A DNA stretch of 64,000 bases from Lama guanicoe (Eukaryota), in assembly GCA_013239625.1 (NCBI GenBank), contig MU054122.1, positions 62,001-126,000 of the forward strand, written 5' to 3'. The notes below the pieces were generated by a model. That model was not told the DNA's origin. It saw only the letters and a list, made by a program, of their open reading frames with translations, and made no database searches. The position numbers and the translations under genes were made by a program. The number at the start of each line of letters is the position of its first letter. Within the stretch, counting starts at the first letter, position 1. Shown here piece after piece: positions 62,208 through 64,000 of the stretch.

Positions 62208-64000
62208 GCTTCAGTTTGGCTTTGGTGCTTTCCTGAATCCCTTTCTAGTTTCATATCAGTTTAAAACAGAGCACTGTAGAATCAGTGTGCTTTTAGTCAC
62301 TAATGAAAACATTTGTGAATATAATGATCTTTTTCAACCTTTGTGACACAACTCAAGTGTCTTTTTCAGGGATACACATTGCTTGAAAGGTACATTTACA
62401 TATGCCAGTTTTTGTAATTTTCTACAGAATTTCTGAACAATACATTATTGCTCCAGTTGTTTATTCATTTTCCACGAAAGATTACATAAAATAATTCTGT
62501 AAACTGATGTAAATTCAAAATGATTCATTTGCTCTTTTCATGGGAGATGCATTACCTTCCAGGAAATTATGAAATCCACTATGGCAGGGAACTGCACTTT
62601 TTGAATGCAGTGTGGTCTTGACTCAATGAACATAATCCAGACATTCGTCTCCATGCTCATTACTACAATGATTGCAATTACCCTTTTGAGTAGAAGGAAA
62701 CAGAATTAGAAGTTAATCATTACCATTTGAATAATTCAGGCTTGGCAGAGATTTTCCTGAGAAGGTAGATTTTGTTACATATCATTGAGAGTTTGGAGGA
62801 TTTCTTTGCTTTTTCTTTTTCAGATTTTTTAAGTATAATAATCTCTGCACAAAGAGGATATAATCAGAAAATTCACAACCAGAGGGAGGAGTGTAATATA
62901 GGGTAGAGCTTCACATGAGGAGCAAAGGGGTACTAATGGGACATGTACAAACATACGAACACACACACACAGTCTACATGTTAACTCGAGCTAACGTCAC
63001 ACATTCTGAAAGATGAAAAATATGTACTAGGGAGCCTGGAGTCATTGTGGAGACAGGGACTGGTTAAGGATGGGACACACAGCAGAGAAAACATCAATTG
63101 CTAGAATTAATGGCTCGAAAATCAGTAAGGAAACACAACACAACCCTCTCTACCTCCCAAAGCTCTGGACACCAGGATTTCAGCACTTCCGCTGGCTACA
63201 TTTGAGCTTGATTTGCATGAAGGTGTACAGCTGTGAAGTGGAGGTTATCTTTGATGAGGACCATGGGTAAACCCTCCTGACATCCCTTTCCAAGGTAACC
63301 TGAAAAGAACAAAATGAATGTTCTACTCGGTGACGCCTAAAATGCCCTGAACAAGACAATGAAATGATGTTTATACCATAATCGGAGAAAATGCCAGATT
63401 GTATTAATACTTCATTGAGAGTGATTGCAGCATTGTGGGTGGTAAATCACCACTACTCCAATCTTTTGAAAGGGAGGAAGTACATTTTTGCAACAATATT
63501 CTGTGTTTGATGAGAGGAACAGAGCAACTGAGCGTGTCGCCACTGAGGAGGGGAGAAGGAAGGGTTCAGGGATTCTTGGCAGCTACGGAGCTCTGCCTCT
63601 TGTACTTTTCATTGGAGAGGTACAAAGAGAAGCAGCGCACAGAGGCACCTTGATCTGGCGATGGGAGGCTTTGGTCCACTGCTGTGATTTATGATGGGAG
63701 GAGCATTTTAACAAGGCTGATGTCTTACAAAGGGGCCATCCTCCCCAGGGATGTGTTAATGGAAGTGCCACACAGATCTGTGGGAAGATAGAAGATGTTG
63801 TCATCAAGGGCAGGAAGACGGATGAGATGATCTCACTTCTCAGTCTTTTTCTGTGTCATTATTCTAAGATCTATAAAAACCAAAGCCTTGGTCCCTTTGT
63901 ATGTTTTTTTTCCTTTAAATAGTGGCTTGGGCTATATTTATTACGGAAGTACTGCTAAATCAGGCTTTGTCAACAATTCCTAGCCTGTGTTTAGAGGAGG

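Noticed and set aside
57400..64000. Coding exons of the expected upstream neighbour TRDMT1
   Set aside because: I found no DNMT2-like peptide. A distal 3'UTR cannot be recognised from sequence alone.
1..64000. CRISPR arrays, tRNA/rRNA, prokaryotic or viral inserts, processed pseudogenes
   Set aside because: No regularly spaced repeats, structured RNA signatures, gene-dense segment or intronless host-like ORF were seen.

Overview
This is mammalian genomic DNA. The style of the young L1 3' ends and the absence of any recognisable Alu, Bov-tA/Bov-A2, PRE1 or Can-SINE suggest a camelid-like artiodactyl, which is an inference. The window holds the 5' part of cubilin (CUBN) on the minus strand. 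I placed 21 coding exons by hand, from the ATG at 55771 down to exon 21 ending at 1102. All have GT-AG boundaries and compatible phases, and they give 2996 nt of open frame (998 codons + 2 nt). They encode a signal peptide, an RQKR furin site, the N-terminal amnionless-binding/coiled-coil region, 8 EGF-like repeats, CUB1-4 and the first exon of CUB5. The gene continues beyond position 1. The rest is intron and about 8 kb of upstream sequence filled with L1, L2, MIR, MaLR, hAT and ERV solo-LTR remnants, plus a 509-N gap (18279-18787). I found no evidence for a new gene or biological system. The most unusual structure is a multiply rearranged ~8 kb L1 in intron 17. It shows an internal deletion-inversion with an inverted duplication, a nested ~1.1 kb insert carrying sequence I do not recognise as L1, a ~225 bp tandem duplication and a nested younger L1 with a clean TSD. 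Also notable is a pair of inverted MER41-like solo LTRs upstream of the promoter. Repeat family names come from recalled consensus motifs, not from a search, and repeat boundaries are approximate unless a TSD is quoted.
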